Origin: Phyllosticta citribraziliensis
Lineage: Eukaryota
Length of the DNA: 64,000 nt
Assembly: GCF_038025025.1 (NCBI RefSeq)
Contig: NW_027117349.1
Span: forward strand, 434,001-498,000
Direction: 5' to 3'
In this document: positions 1-13,176 of the stretch, piece by piece
Position numbering within the stretch: the first letter of the stretch is position 1
Layout of the letters: each line of letters begins with the position of its first letter
Program-made: the position numbers and the translations under genes
The notes under the pieces: generated by a model
What the model was told of the DNA's origin: nothing
Databases searched by the model: none
The model's input: the letters and a program-made list of their open reading frames with translations, nothing else

Positions 1-274
1 GTCGGATTTGGCGCCAGCTGGCAGAGGACGAAATTTTTGGATATCTACTAGACATCGACCATAGATGTGTAGTGATTTCCAGAAACAATACTACTGAGCA
101 CTGAGCTTTGTCGTTTTATATCTCTCATCCCTGCATGGGTGCGAGGGACAGACCGCGCGGGCCATCCTCGGACATGTCAGTTGCGACTTTTCGACGCCAA
201 CGCCCGCCGACATCATCAAGCTTGGAACCTCTTGACCTCCGCCTGTCTACTCGTCTCCCACACCATCAGCCATC

Positions 275-679
275 ATGTTCACCCTGTCGGAAGAGACCAA
301 GGTAGACACCTCGTCTAAACTATCCAGAAATCGCCTTCGCTGACTCCACAACCAGGAGCGCATCTCCAAGCTCATTGACGTTTCCCGCGTCGCCATTCAC
401 TAGTACGACCACCGCCTACACGATTTGTCTTGCCGGCGCTCCGCTAACCTACAGCAGTGGCTACATCCCTCTGATTCTCTACTTCGGTACTTGACCACTC
501 ACCCGGCTCCGCATGTGCAGCTTCACTGACGATACGATTCCCAGGCTGGTCGCACAGCACCCCCAGGCCCGAGCTCATCAGGTTCGACGACCCTCTGCGT
601 CCATCCTTCGCGCCCTCCGCGGGTGCAATCGAAGACCCAATCTAACATAGCTTCCAGGCTGATCTCTCCCCTCGCTTAA
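275..679 (+). CDS. TOM7: Mitochondrial import receptor subunit Tom7 (5 exons: 275-301, 356-402, 458-486, 545-581, 658-679)
   Basis: Manual splicing at GT-AG introns gives MFTLSEETKERISKLIDVSRVAIHYGYIPLILYFGWSHSTPRPELIRLISPLA*, a typical fungal Tom7. It is missed by the ORF track. Confidence 0.93.
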
Positions 680-1836
680 ACCGAATCCAACATCCGCGAA
701 TCGTGTACGCTATTTCAAGAGGAAGCAAAACCGGCGAATTATGAACAATTCTTGGGGTAGGCGGGCGAGACTTGATCAAGGACAGGATCCACCATTCAAA
801 CCAGGTTGGGTCGGCGAAACGGAAATGGTGATGATTTCATCTACGTCAGCGGTCTCAAGCACGAAAGCCCCCAGCGGCAGCAAGCGGCGGACAAGAGCGC
901 CTGGTGCCTCGGGCAACCGGTGCGGAATGACGACCCTGTAAGAGATGAGCGATAGACGCACCTGTCACACACGGATTCAAAATCTCCAATTTTATACTGT
1001 CACAACATCAAGATTTGACAAAAGCTGGTCAAGAGCGCACAGTTGTGCCCGATTCACAAGCCAGACGTGCCACAGGAGCGTCGCCGAGCCTGTGTCCAGC
1101 CGCCCCTTCTTTGCTCACACAGGCCCGAAACTCCACCCGACTCCTGAACCTGTTCAGGTTCGCAAACTCTCATGGTTGCCAGGTGCACACGTGCAGTGCC
1201 GGTAGCTGGATGCCCAGGACCCAGTGCATGGCTCAGCGCGAACTCAGCTACCATGGAGTAGCAGCCACCCCTTTCTAAGAGCGCATGAATGCCCTGCCTG
1301 CATGCGCGCTCCAACAACAACAACAACAACACGCCTAGAGATGCACCCGTCTGTGCCGTCTTCGCGGTGTCCCTTCGTGTCCGACTCTTCTCAATTCGTC
1401 ATGTTGTTAAAAACAGGACGGAAATCAAATCCATGGATAGTCACACTTACGCTTGGTAATCACAGCAGCACGCTCAGATAGTCTGAAATTTTCCCTTCCC
1501 CAATTGACCAGCCAGCAAGCAAGCCAGCCAGCCAGCAGCAGAAGAAGCGACAAAATGCCGACCCAGTTGACCATAGGTCATCCGTTCCTATCTAGGACAA
1601 ACCAAGAGAGCAGCTCCCAAATACATCACGCCACGCCAGTCAACCAAGCTACACAGCCAAGACAGGCCATGCAATACAACCTATTACAAAAAAAAAAAAA
1701 AAAGGCTCTGAATTTTTAGAAAAAGTAGAAAGAAGAAGAAGAAGAAGTGAATAAAGCCTCCCCATTCATCCATTCCACGCCCTCTAGATGATGACGTCCC
1801 ACACCATCACGCCTTGGCCAACCCAAAACACCTACG

Positions 1837-4163
1837 CTATCGTGGGCTGCCCATCCCCCCCGTACCACTGCCGCCGCCGCTGCCCCCTCCTCCGCCCCCT
1901 CCATGCGTTCGTCCCGTCGGGTCGAGCAGCAAATGCGGCTTGATGAAGCCCTCGTCGATTTGGCGGAAAGCCAGCGCCGGGTCTTCACTGAGGCCCGTGA
2001 GCAGCTGTCTGGCCGCGGCCGTTGCTCCAGCCACGCGGCCGACGCGACTCGTCCGAGGTTCTGCTGCTGCTGCTGCATCGGGTGACTCGGTGGTGCCGGT
2101 CGACGCGTAGGGGTTGTTGAGGTCTGGGCGAAAACCGGCGCCGCGCGGCGAGGCCCTGCGTGGAGGAGAACGGCGGACTGAGGGCGGGAGGTCCAGGTCC
2201 GCGTCGACGTCCGAGTTTGAAGTGCTGTCTTCTGGGTTGAGCAGCCCTTGCTCGGCGTAGTCTTGCCGCGTGGACGAGACGTGGTGGCGCGACGAGCTGC
2301 GCCGCGAGGGTCCAGGTACCAGCCCGCTGCGGGCCGAGTGGCGCCCCGTTGAAGGGGGCGTGCCGCCGTTGATGGTGCTGCTGCTGAAGCCTTTGCCATT
2401 GGCCGCGTCGAGGTCGACAGGAGTGAGCATGAAGCCGTTGCCGCTGGGCCGTGGGTTGTGGCCGAATCCGCGCCCAGATTTGGCGGAATACGTAACGCCG
2501 CTGACGATGGGAGCGCCGGCAGGCACAATCTCAATGTCAAACTCGTCATCCGAGTCGATTTCCTCAACGACGCCGGTGCGGATTTGCAGGATTTCCAGCA
2601 TGCGCGCTGTGGTGCCGCCAAAGATGATGACAGTCAAGACCACCACGACGAGGACGGTGGCACGCAGAGTAAAGCCGTTGGTGCCGGTCAGTCCAGCCGC
2701 GAGTGCGACTCCGACTGCTCCACGCAGACCAGCCCAAAATAACATGGCCTGGTGGGACCAAGGAATCTCATCTGCTACCTCGCGGCCGCGTCTCGCTGCG
2801 CGGTAGCGTATAATGCTGTTGACAAGCTTTGAAAGCGGGAATACCGCAGCATAGCGGGCGACACAGATGCCAATGACCGTGACGAGAATGAAGAGCGGCT
2901 TGTAGTCGAGCTCTGTCTCGGTGAAGAGCGAAAGACCTAGATAGATGAAGATGAAGTTTTCGGACAGTTGCGCCATGACCTGAAATACAAACTTGGTCGT
3001 CAACTGCGTTCTGCGCGACATGTTGTGGTAGGCATAGTGCTTCAAGCATATTCCGCAAAACAGGAGGGACACAATGCCTGCAAAAATTAGCTTTTACTCG
3101 GAAGGGAAATGCGTTGTACTCACCAGACATGTGGATGGCATTGGAGAAAAAGTAACTTGCGTATGCAATAAGAATGACGAGGCAGCTCTCGATCTTGGGG
3201 AAACGCCGCACATAGGTGAATTTGAGAAGTAAAGAGGTCAGGACACCGATAATGATGCCAATGATCAAGCTGCCAAAGAAGACGAGCAAAAATATGCCAA
3301 TGGATTCGAACAGGGTTACAAAGGTCAAGTTGCCCTTGTCCGTATCCTTGTATCTTTGCGCCGTTTCGAATAGAACAATTGCGATTGCGTCGTTGAGGAT
3401 GGACTCGCCGAAAATGACCGTGTAAAGCTTGGGATCGACCTTGTATGTGTTGAATATGGCCAAAATCGTGACGGGATCCGTGGCCGAGAGTGTTGCGCCC
3501 AGTGAAATGGCCTCGACGAAGCTCAGCGACACGCCGTCCAAGTTGAGGCGAGTCCACAGCCAAAGTAGGACGCCGAGTACGACGGCAGATATAAATGTTC
3601 CGGCAAAGGCGAATGTCAGGATTGTGCCTATACTGCGGAAGAAATTGGCTTGGTGTAGTTCGTATCCGGAGGCGAGGATAATGGGCGGGAGGAGGAGGTT
3701 GAAGAAGAATTGGTAGTTGAAGCTCACGACGCCCAATACAGCTTCGTTGGCTGTTAACCGCAGCATGAGGCCGACGACCATACCTAGTCCGTGTCAGCGA
3801 TTGTGCGGGCTCGCGGGGGTGGGGTGGCGCATACCGGCAAAGATGGATATGACCGTCTCATGGACGGCCTGTATCTTGCGCGTTTGTAGGACATAACTTG
3901 TGAATAGAGCTACGATGAGCAGGACGATGAGGATGAAGAGCGACCAGGACGCGTAAATTTCCTTCTGGCCGGCTTCGGGTTCTGCGCGAGCTTGTTAGAG
4001 GAGGCTGGGCAAGGCGACGTGGGGACTCACCGTCAGGGTCGGCATCGGATGCTTCGCGCTCTGCAGGACGAAGGGGTCAGCTTGGTATGTTTGTAGGCGC
4101 TGGGCACAAAGTAGAAGACGCACTTGCGAGTTCGGAGACGGCCAAGCCGAGTAGGGAGGCCAT
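1837..4163 (-). CDS. NHX1: Endosomal/prevacuolar Na+(K+)/H+ exchanger, CPA1 family (multi-exon)
   Basis: Motifs FFNLLLPPII, LSATDPV, FGESILND and WAGLRGAVG in ORFs 2768-3781 and 1837-3072. Small upstream exons were reconstructed from the ATG at 4163 (CCACCATGG context). Confidence 0.93.
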
Positions 4164-5340
4164 GGTGGAGCGAGAAGGCTAGATGGACATTTGGCGATGC
4201 GGTGGGATGGAGCGCGGATGCAGAGCGGCAGGACCCGAGGCCGGCGGAGACGCAGAGCGCCGACTTGGCTCGATGAGAAGAGAGGCAGGCAGGCGCAGAG
4301 GAGGCGATGGCGGGCGACGGCGGGGAGCGTTTGGTGAAGGCGAGAGGATATGTGGTTTTTTGTTGTTGGGCAAAGGGAGAGGCGGGCGAATGACGAGTAC
4401 AAGTTGGTGGATGGTGTCCAGTCGATTGGATGGTCGCTCCGCTCCGCTCGGGCAAGACAAGGGCGCTGGGCCTGAATAGGAACAGCCGCAATCATGCGCG
4501 TTGAAACGTTCCCAAGCCCTTTCGTAGGGCTGTGTCGCGTCAAAGAATTCAAGCGAAGAGGTGTCAAATTGCGTGCGAGTCGCCAGAAGCCTTGATTGTT
4601 CTATTCATAACCGGCATACTTTTGGACTCAATAGCTAGCTCTGTAATTCAAGTCCATTGGCAGCGGTGCCTTGGTGCGCTTGCAACGCTGCAGGGGCTCC
4701 CGAGAGCTGACCACGGTTCCCGAGGGCGGTTCAAGGCACACAGCACAGGCAATGAGAGGCCAAGGTCAGGTCAGGTCCAGGTATGCAGTGAGGAGGGTAG
4801 GGTAGGGTGCATGGATAGGCGCATACGGACGGCGGATACGGGCCGTGAGAAGATCCCAGCTACCCCACGCCGACGCTGCAGACGACGACGCCACGCCATG
4901 CCACCACCATGACCATTGATGACAGCTTCCTTCTTTCGTCAGGACCTCCTTCGCGCGCAGGATCGTCAGGAACCACGCGGCGAATCGTCAGACGACACTT
5001 TGCCCTTTGCTACTCACTGCAACACCACCTGACGAGACAGCATGACGGCCACCGTCGAGACTGACTCGCTGTGCCAGCTTACCCCATCGTGTGACGTCGA
5101 CTGGCCTTTGTGACAGAATGACAGCACCACCTCCTCCCAACGAATGGCATCGCCACGCTCCAGGAGCTGAGAATGAAGCTGCTTCCTTGGACCTCTTCAT
5201 TCCATCCTCACCGTGACGCCTTCCGCTCCGCAGCCCTGCCGCTAGTCCTGCCACAGCCCCCCGTCCCTTCGTTACTCACGGAACCAGACCGAAACCTCGA
5301 CCGCTCATGAGGCGCTCTTGCGCCGCTCATTGTCCACCTC

Positions 5341-7617
5341 ATGGCCTCAAAACCCACCCACAGCCCTCCACTTTCTCCCGACCATGCCACCTCGCCAACG
5401 CCCCTCGCAACAACCACCACCACCAAGACCGTCACCTTTGAACGTCCCTCTCCACCCTCCTCGCCGACCCCTTCCGCCGCATACGACCCTATGAATGAGC
5501 AATCACCGCTCCTCTCTCCCACCCAAGACGACGAGAGCGGCCTGAAGCGCGTCCCCTCGCCGCTGAGTGACGATGACTGGAATCCCGAGGCCGGAGAGGA
5601 CACCAAGAGCAGCTGGTACTTGCTGCTCCTTACACTGGGCGGTTTAGGGTGAGTTGCGCATACCGCACCAACGTCATGGTCCCGACATGCTCATTTCTTG
5701 CCCAGTCTACAGATTGCCTGGTCTGTGGAGCTTTCCTACGGCTCGGTCAGTGCTCCGTTGCCATCTTTCACTTCGACATCTAACACCACCACAGCCATAC
5801 CTCATCTCACTCGGCCTGAGCAAGTCCCTGCTTGCCCTCGTATGGATAGCCGGTCCGCTTTCCGGTACCCTCGTACAACCATATGTTGGGCTCAGGAGTG
5901 ACAATTGCAGATCAAGATGGGGGAAAAGGAGACCTTTTATAATTGGCGGCACCGCTGCAACCATTGTCTCTCTTTTTCTCCTAGCTTGGGCGCGAGAGCT
6001 CGTCGGGGGCTTACTGAGCATCTTTGGCGTAGCTAGGGACGCAAGCGCAACACACACTATGACCATTTTGTTTGCTGTCCTGATGGTATATGTCCTCGAC
6101 TTTGCCATCAACGTCAGTGAGTATTTGCTGACTGCCCAGCCCCACGCACCCTTGTCTGACGTGTCATAGTCCAAGCTGCCATTCGCGCGTTCGTGGTCGA
6201 CTGCGCCCCGACTCATCAGCAAGAGGCTGCAAATGCCTGGATCATGCGTACGAGTGGCACTGGCAATATTCTGGGATACCTTTCTGGATTTGTCAACTTG
6301 CCCAGGTACTTTCCGTTTCTCGGAGACAGCCAGATGAAGGTGCTTTGCGCCATCGCATGCCTCGTTCTCGCTATCACCGTGACCATTAGCTGTTCGACCA
6401 TTTCAGAACGAGACCCGCGCAGCGAAGGCATCCCCGACAGCCACGGCGGCCTCCTCGGCTTCTTCAAGAACCTCTTTCGCTCCATCAAGCGCCTGCCTCC
6501 TCAAATTTCCAAGGTCTGCCAAGTGCAGCTCGCAGCGTGGATCGGCTGGTTCCCCTTCCTCTTCTATGCCACGACGTATATTGGAGAAATCTACACCGAG
6601 CCCTACTTTGAAGCCAACCCGCACATGAGCGACGCGGACATCAATCAGGTCTGGGAGGAGGGCACGCGCATGGGCACGCTGGCCCTATTCATCTTCGCCC
6701 TCACCACCTTTGCCTGCAGCATCATCTTGCCCCTTCTCGTTGCGCCGACCTACAAAGCTCCCTCATCCGGCGCCCAGACCCCGAGCACGCCTCTAACGCC
6801 CAGCACACCGCGCTCGTCGTCCATCGCCTCGTCCTCCTACTTCCAGCTCCCTTCATCTTCGACCTCACACAAGCGGAGGTCTACCTCTAGGTTCGCCTCA
6901 CATTTCCGACGTCTCCCTGAGCTCCTCGACGCCCTGCAGATCCAATCCCTTACCCTCCGCCGAGCCTGGCTCTTTTCGCACATCATGTTCGCCGTCCTCA
7001 TGTGGAGCACGCTGCTGGTACGCTCGACGGTAGGGGCAACGTTCATCATCGCGCTCGTCGGCGTCCCCTGGGCCGTCGCCAACTGGGCGCCCTTTTCGCT
7101 CATCTCGTCGGAAATCTCCAAGCGCGACGCCATCCGACGCGGCCTGATACGGCCGGACGACGAAGACGAGTCGTCCTTCTCCGGACCGTCATCTTCGGCG
7201 TCGAGCACCACCACCGCCGCCGTCAACAACAGAGACGCCAACTTGCTTGCGTCGGGCGAAGACGCGCACGAAGGCGCCGACCAGGCGGGCGTCGTGCTGG
7301 GCATCCACAACGTGGCCATTGCGGCGCCGCAGGTCGTCGCGACGCTCGTCAGCTCGACCATCTTCCGCTTCCTGCAGAAGCCGCGCGGCAGCCCCGGCGA
7401 CGCGAGCGTGGCGTGGGTGCTGCGCTTTGGCGGCGTGTGCGCCCTCGTCGCCGCGTGGCTGACGACGCGTGTTGGCGAGGAGAGGAGACGTGGCGGCGGA
7501 GGTGTCGTGTTGGGCAAAGGGAGGAGGGCGCGGCCGAAGGGGAAGAGAGCCGATAGGGGGAGTGCTGGCGGTGGTCGAAGCGAGGCGAGCGGCGGGGATG
7601 GGTCACGATGGGAGTGA
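5341..7617 (+). CDS. GPH/MFS sucrose-maltose/H+ symporter, Sut1/SLC45-like (4 exons)
   Basis: Spliced GLQIAWSVELSYG, WIAGPLSGTLVQPYVG, WGKRRPFI, WIGWFPFLFY and GIHNVAIAAPQ motifs; introns near 5650-5705, 5746-5795 and 6113-6169. Confidence 0.88.
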
Positions 7618-8110
7618 GTTTTGCCATTTCCCCCCTTTTCTGCTCGTTCAGCGTTTGTGGGGATTCGAGCGGACAGGCACAAGTCCCTCCCTGGCCGGCG
7701 TTTGCAGTAGCAGATATGAGTTTGGGCCTTTCACCACCCTCGGGTCCTCTCCTTCGCTCGCTATATACCAATCATTGAATCTCTTCTTCTTGTCACCGTG
7801 CGCTGTTGGAAATGCATTTTCGGATATCAAAGGAGTATTCAATTTCTCACCACTTAAGGAGAATGATGTGTGGTTGGTGATATCTTTATTTTGTGGTTTA
7901 GTCGATGTGGTATGTACCAGGATGTAAGTGAGACGGGAATTCTAAGAAGGGGACGGCGCATATGCGCTCGCTATCCAAGGCCAATCGCAACGCCTTCTGC
8001 CGTCAACAAGAGCCAGTCCAGCTCGCGCCGGAAACGATGCACCTTCGCAAGCAACAAGCTATCCAACGCAGAAAAGATCCAAAGACACACACCTTCTCCC
8101 AATGTCAACG

Positions 8111-11100
8111 CTACACCAACACCTCATCAACCTCGACGACGCCGCCCTCGAGAATGACCTTGTACTTCTTCCTCTGCTTGTTTCCCTTGCCCCCCTTCTT
8201 GCCACCGCCGCCATACCGCAGCGTCCTCACGACGCCAGCAAGCTTGGGGAAGAGCTCCTTCTCGCCGAGCCACTGGGCAGCGAAAGCGGCCAGGCCAAGG
8301 ACGAGCAGGGCCGTCTTGAAGCCCCAGTCCATGAAAGTGAGCTCCATGAGGTCGGCGAGCCAGCGGGCCGGGTCGAGCAGGAGGTACGTGGACAGGGCGA
8401 GGGCGGCGCCGAGCGTGACGACGAAGGGCAGGTTGTGGTGGATGGGGCGGCGGAAGGGCGGGCCGACCGACAGCACGAGCGCCGACAGGATGTACTGATA
8501 GCACGACAGCAGGAAGAGGGCCGTGTTTTGCGAGTTTTTGGCGTTGCTGTGCGTGCGGTCGAGGATAGGCGGCTGGTACCACGGCTGTCGCCGCACCGCG
8601 ACGAAGGCTATGGCTTGCACCAGGATGCAGAGCGCAATGTGGCCGAGGAGCGGCACGAGCACCTTGCGCGAGACGAGCGACGCCGTGGGCCGCTTGCGCG
8701 AGAGTGTGGGTGCTGAGCCCGTCCATCCCATGAAGATGGCGATGGGCAGGATCAGGGCGAGGTCGATGTAGAGGAATTGAAAGTCGCCCAGGTTCGACGC
8801 CGAAGCGTACAGGAACGACACGGAGGTGAATTGGATGGCGCTGTAGAGCGACATGTACTTGAAGCAGGAGAAGGATGTGACGAGGGCGGCGCGGCCTTCG
8901 CGGATGACTTCGGGCACGCAACTAATGTCGAAGACGCGCGAGGTAAAAGGCGCCGCGACGCTGGCTTCGGCTTCGGAGAGGGAGATGCCCACGTCGGCTG
9001 CTTTGAGGGCACCGCAGTCGTTGGCTCCGTCGCCACAGAAGCCACAAGTGTAGTCGATACTTTGCAGCTTTTCGACCAATTCATGCTTCTCATCTGGCGA
9101 CATGCGCGCAAAGACCTGGCCGCGGACCAAGAGCTCGTTCAGGACCTTGGGATTGGCATAGTCTATAATCCAGCGGAAGACGTCTCCCGATACAGCCACC
9201 GAATAGTTGCGCAGGTTTGAAATGTCGTAGGGAAGAGAGGCGTCGCCTTCGGGGGGAGGTGGTAACGGCTTGAGCGTGTTCTCGTCCAGCTTGAATATGG
9301 GATTGTCGATGCTCTCCCAGGCCAGTTTCGCTAGCGGTTGACGCGCATCTCCTTCAACAAAATACGGCACGAAGCAGTGTGCTGTCTTGTCTATGAGGTT
9401 GCACTCTCTGGCCACGCTAATGGCAGTTAAGATGTTGTCTCCAGTACACATGGCCGTTCGGATCGCAGCATCGTTGAGCTGGTTGATGACACCAGTCGTG
9501 GTCGGCTTGAGCTTGTTCTCGAAGATGATGAAGCCAACAAAGTCAAGATTCGACTCTGCATCTTCGCGTGCCATCTTCTGCACCTTGAACCAGTTAAGCT
9601 TTGGAATCGTCTTGGTGGCGCAGGCAATGACACGATATCCGCGGTGAGTGTAGTAGCTGAGCAAGTCTTCGTAGTCCGTGGGAAAGCTCTCAGGCCGACA
9701 AATCTCCTTCATACACTCAGGTGCGCCTTTGACGTAGATGTGTCCCTCGCGAGCGCCAAACTGCCGCACAACCACACTGGCTCTGCGGAGCTGTGAGACA
9801 AACTCATACGCCTTGATGATACCCAGTTCGATCGGCTTTCTGCTGGTTGGATCCTCGCCCATGTTGTATTCGTGGCCAGCAGGAGGCCTGGCAACCGATG
9901 GAGAAATGCTGAGTGACTCTTCTTCGTTATCGAAGCCTCCGCCGCTCTGCTCGCCTTCTTCAAAATTCCACCCTGTAAATTCGAACATTTTGACGTCCAG
10001 AGGATCTCCGACAAGTTCGCCATCCACACAACGCAACGAGTGGCAGGTGGCCATTGTGTAGAGGAGTGACTTGTTGTTCTTGTAATCGATTGTGGGATCC
10101 CGTTCGTATGAAGCTCCGGGCAAGACCAGGGCGCAGTCAGTGAGAATGTCACTGAATCTGTTGACCGGCTGCTGCGCGACCCTGAGGCCCAGCACATCGA
10201 GGCCTTCCTCTGTCAATGTACCCGTCTTGTCAAAGCAAACGACGTCGAGCTTGCCACCAACGTTGACGCGCTGGGGGCTGATGCAGTAGATTTGCTTCTT
10301 CTTGAGTCGGTTCAAAGCAAAGTTTGTCCCAATCGTCAAGGTGGCAGGTAAGGCAGGAGGTACAACGATGGTGATGAGATCCAGTGCGCGGACGACGATG
10401 AGGTGCCAGGCAAGGCCCAGGCGAACAAAGTTGACAAAGGATGCAATGAAGCCTACGCCCGCAATCATAGCCATGACGGATATGTATCGGAAGGAGTCGC
10501 GGTAGAATTTGAATCCGGACGGCTTAGGGAACAGCATTGAGCGCACCAGAGCACCTTTGGTGGTATTGAAACCGGTACGGACGACCAGGGCAAGCGCAGC
10601 AGCCTCTTCATCCTTGTCGTCTTGAGGTCTTCTGGCTCGAATGATTTTGGTTCCGCAGAACAAGAAGTGGCGGGCCACCTCTGGATGAATCGAAGCTGTG
10701 CTCAGATTGAGCAACTCCAGGGCATCGTCTGCAGCAGGCACCTTTGATACAGGAACGGACTCGCCAGTGAGCATGCTCTCATTGACGATGCAATCTCCAG
10801 ATAGGAGCAAGCTATCGCAAGGGAGGTGCGTCAGGCTGGGATCCGTGACTTCGTAAATGTCTCCCGGGACAAGTTGACTTGATTCAACGTAGCGCCAGAA
10901 GCCGTTGCGCAGCACACGGACATCGCATTCGAATCTGGAGACATCCCTGAGTCGGTGCATCGTAGCCTTGGTCTCGATCAAGGTCGTCGTGATGCTGACG
11001 ACGGAGATGATGAAGATGCATGTCGCGTAGTAATAGTACTCGTCGAGAGACCAAAGAATCAGACTGGCAATCTGGAAGACGTAGAACGGATGCAGCACCT

Positions 11101-12413
11101 CATCTACGAGAAGCTGGCTCGTACTCTTTTCCTTAATGTCGATGAGATTCTTTCCAAAGACCTGCTCGCGGGATTCTTTCTCCTCTGAATCCAAGCCGGT
11201 CCGAATGGTCCGTACGTCTGTCCAAGCAGGGTCTTTCCAAGTGTTGCCCAACACGAATTTGTCCTTGACGGGATGGTAGCAGAAGCGAATATAACGGTAG
11301 TCCAGGGTCCGGAGCTCCTTGATCACGGGGTCATCGTATTCATCGTAGTCCCGGAGCCCCTCCTTGTGGTTGATTCCGAAAATGGAGGAAAGCGGCTGTC
11401 CATAGTCTTGCTTAGAGATGGTCTGCACCGACATTTCTCCCCACTGATTCTCCACCACCGTCCAGTCACATTCGTGAATAGGTGACGCCTTGCCCACAAT
11501 CTTGATACGCCAGCCGGGCAGCCAGCGGAACAAGAGATAACCAAGACCACAAGTCATAACGCAGAGCAGCGCATAGATGGAGAATCCCACCAGGGAAGTC
11601 TTGAAGCCAGCGACGACAATCGTCAGATCCTCCGTGGCAATGTAAATCTTTTGCGTCGTCCGTCCTCCCCTCCAATGTCCCGATGCCTGGGTGCTTGAGC
11701 TCGAGTGACGGCGGAGAAGCGGCTGACTGGCCGATCTGGAAGAGCCAGCCGAACGCGAACGCTGTGAGCGAATAGAGTACGACAGAGACTTGCGCCTCCC
11801 ATTCATCAGGGAGCGTCCATCCTCAAGATCCACGTCTTCTCCATCCTCTGCGTATCCGTTTCCGTTGGCGTAGTCCAGTGCCAGCTCCTCCTCTTCCGCA
11901 ATAGCCTCTTCCTCCGCGGTATCCAGCGATTCGTGGTCATCGTAGAATGTGTAGCTTGTGACGCTCGCCGAGGACTCGGCGCGAGGGCGACGATGCGCGA
12001 AACCGGTCACGCTCGACGGCACGCTTTCGGACATGGGACCCGAGAATATCTGACATGACTGTGTCAGCCGTAGACTAGCAAAGCTGTCACGCCCCGTTGA
12101 AGTATAAGGTGTCGTTTTGGAAGCCTGTCATCCAGCCTGGCGGGACGGGATTTTTTTCGCAGCCGCGCTCAACGGCGCCAGCTGTGCCGCGAGATTGACG
12201 GTGAAGGGTATTTACCTCATCCTGGGCCATCTGCACATCAGTCAAAAGACTGACGCTGCTGCAAGTCAGTTCACGATCACTTGAACCAGGTCCGTCGAGG
12301 AAAACTCACTCGCTTTTGTTGGAGCCGCGGCGGTACATGGAGCCGCTAGGCTGGCGGGCAGGCGCAGCGTAGCTGGAGCGGCGGCTTTCGCCCTCTCCAT
12401 CGGAATCCACCAT
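8111..12413 (-). CDS. YPK9: P5B-type cation/polyamine-transporting ATPase (Ypk9/ATP13A-like)
   Basis: 1307-aa ORF with PPALP, DKTGTLT, TGES, KGAPE, TGDN and GDGANDCGALK. Two small upstream exons extend the start to the ATG at 12413. Confidence 0.92.
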
Positions 12414-13176
12414 GGCTGGCGATGGAGTGCTTGGTCTGGCTCAGCGCATATCGCGGCGTAGGGATAGAAGAGGTTCTAGGTCGCGCGACACAACAGAAGA
12501 ACGGCGCAGGGCGATGGTGGGATGTCAGCGAGCCTATCGCGGAGATTAAAAATGGCGGGCGGTATGTTCGTCATATCCTGGCTCTCGACCTGGCCCGAGC
12601 GTGCACCTTTTCAACGCGGAACCCGTCGAGCGCACTAGTCTGCCAATAATCCACACCAAAGTCAGCACTAATTTGGTGATTAACACCAGAGGCTTGTAGT
12701 TGCAGCAACACGCGCTCCAGATCGTGAGACAGAAAAGTAGACTGGGGCATTCAATTGCTAAAGCGAAATGCGGACAGTACAAAGGCTTGGATGTCGCCAG
12801 CATCACAGTGATTTTTAACGAATAGCTCCATCTTTCAATCAATTCTTGGGACGTCGACTTCGATTGCAGTCCACGGCACGGCGCATCAGGTAAGAAAAAT
12901 CGAATCCATTCCTGTTCCCAACCATGCGCCATTCCGTGTCCGTGGCGTTGCTGCTACTGACTTGTTTTTCCCCACACGAGTCTGGCCGGGTTTTGCTCTT
13001 TTGTTCCTGAAGCCGTTTGTTGCCCGTTAGTGGTTCACCGAAAATCATGGGTACAAAACGGTATTGGGAATCGGGCTCTTTGGCTCTGATATTGTTTCAA
13101 AACATAACACCTTTTGATGCCTCCTAGGAAAGAGCAAGACCCGACCGTCGTGACAACCCGTCCATCCGTGATCCAT

